Below, piece after piece: positions 63,500 to 64,000 of a stretch of 64,000 nt of DNA. Position numbers and translations under genes: made by a program. Below the pieces are notes generated by a model, which did no database searches, was not told the origin of the DNA, and saw only the letters and a program-made list of their open reading frames with translations. Positions within the stretch are counted from its first letter, which is position 1. Each line of letters starts with the position of its first letter. The stretch is from the NCBI GenBank assembly GCA_054600435.1, contig BAAIJX010000041.1, forward strand, positions 124,001 to 188,000. Direction: 5' to 3'. This stretch comes from Neophaeotheca triangularis (Eukaryota).

Positions 63500-64000
63500 C
63501 CGCGACTCGCTACCAAATCGCGAACTAAGCCGATTAGATTAAGCGTCTTTTTCGAGTTAAGACGAAAGTAATAACACCTCTCCTATAAGTTACACAAACT
63601 ATAAGTAATGTCTCGCTCCTAATATAGATAGATTAGTCTCGAGCCGAAGAAAATTAGACCCTTATCGTTAATACCCGGATAACGTCCTATCGACACCCCT
63701 ACACGCCCTTATACTCGCTAACCTTCGTTAGATAAGAGAAGGAGATAAGCAAGTACTAGACAGGAACAACGCCGTCTTTAACTAAATTCAAGAAGCGTAA
63801 AGATAGGGAGACTTCGCGGCTAGGGTAAGGCCTAGTAGTAGTCGAAGGGGTAGTAGTACTAGTAGTAGCGACTACTACCTTAAGGCGTTTAAGCTTAGTA
63901 GACTTAGCCTCTAACCCCTTTACGAGATTATCGCGTTCCTTAGCGGTAGCGCGGTAGGGGTCGGGCCTAGTAGTAGTTAAAGGGGTAATAGTGCTAGTAG
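63500..64000 (-). pseudogene. 3' part of another RIP-mutated ORF entering from beyond the window (ORF-E)
   Basis: The minus frame reads ..PDPYRATAKERDNLVKGLEAKSTKLKRLK..REVSLSLRFLNLVKDGVVPV, about 80 codons without a stop. Confidence 0.35.

Larger units (their letters stand above)
53379..64000. mobile_element. Unclassified large RIP-mutated multi-gene element nested in the copia; continues beyond the window
   Basis: Copia homology stops abruptly at TGTCTGCG; subterminal AGCGACAACAT-like repeats; CpA/TpG depleted but CpG retained; at least 4-5 gene relics. Confidence 0.75.

Overview
Filamentous ascomycete DNA (intron-rich genes with CTAAC/CTGAC branch points and RIP; probably a Dothideomycete, by inference). 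Bases 1-49100 are gene-dense: profilin, RNPS1-like SR protein, secreted 5'-nucleotidase-like phosphoesterase, Brl1/Brr6, AP-2 alpha-adaptin, a Cys-rich metallothionein-like gene and an F-box gene. These are followed by a rearranged GlcNAc-utilisation locus (ngs1 GH3-GNAT, ron1 NDT80-type factor, hxk3-type hexokinase, Ngt1-like transporter; no dac1/dam1 in the window) interrupted by two MFS genes and a HeLo-like-domain gene, then NC2beta, a candidate intronic C/D snoRNA, an SDR and a Tda3-like FAD oxidoreductase. From 49128 the DNA is AT-rich and RIP-mutated. A Ty1/copia element is cut at the start of its RNase H by a second, less mutated, multi-gene element of at least 10.6 kb that runs off the window. 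That element carries an intronless ~1300-codon SNF2-type helicase relic and six dispersed arrays of a palindromic YGASTCR heptamer with a strict 12-bp period; it is the best candidate here for an undescribed system. All family assignments are from recalled motifs; no database search was run.
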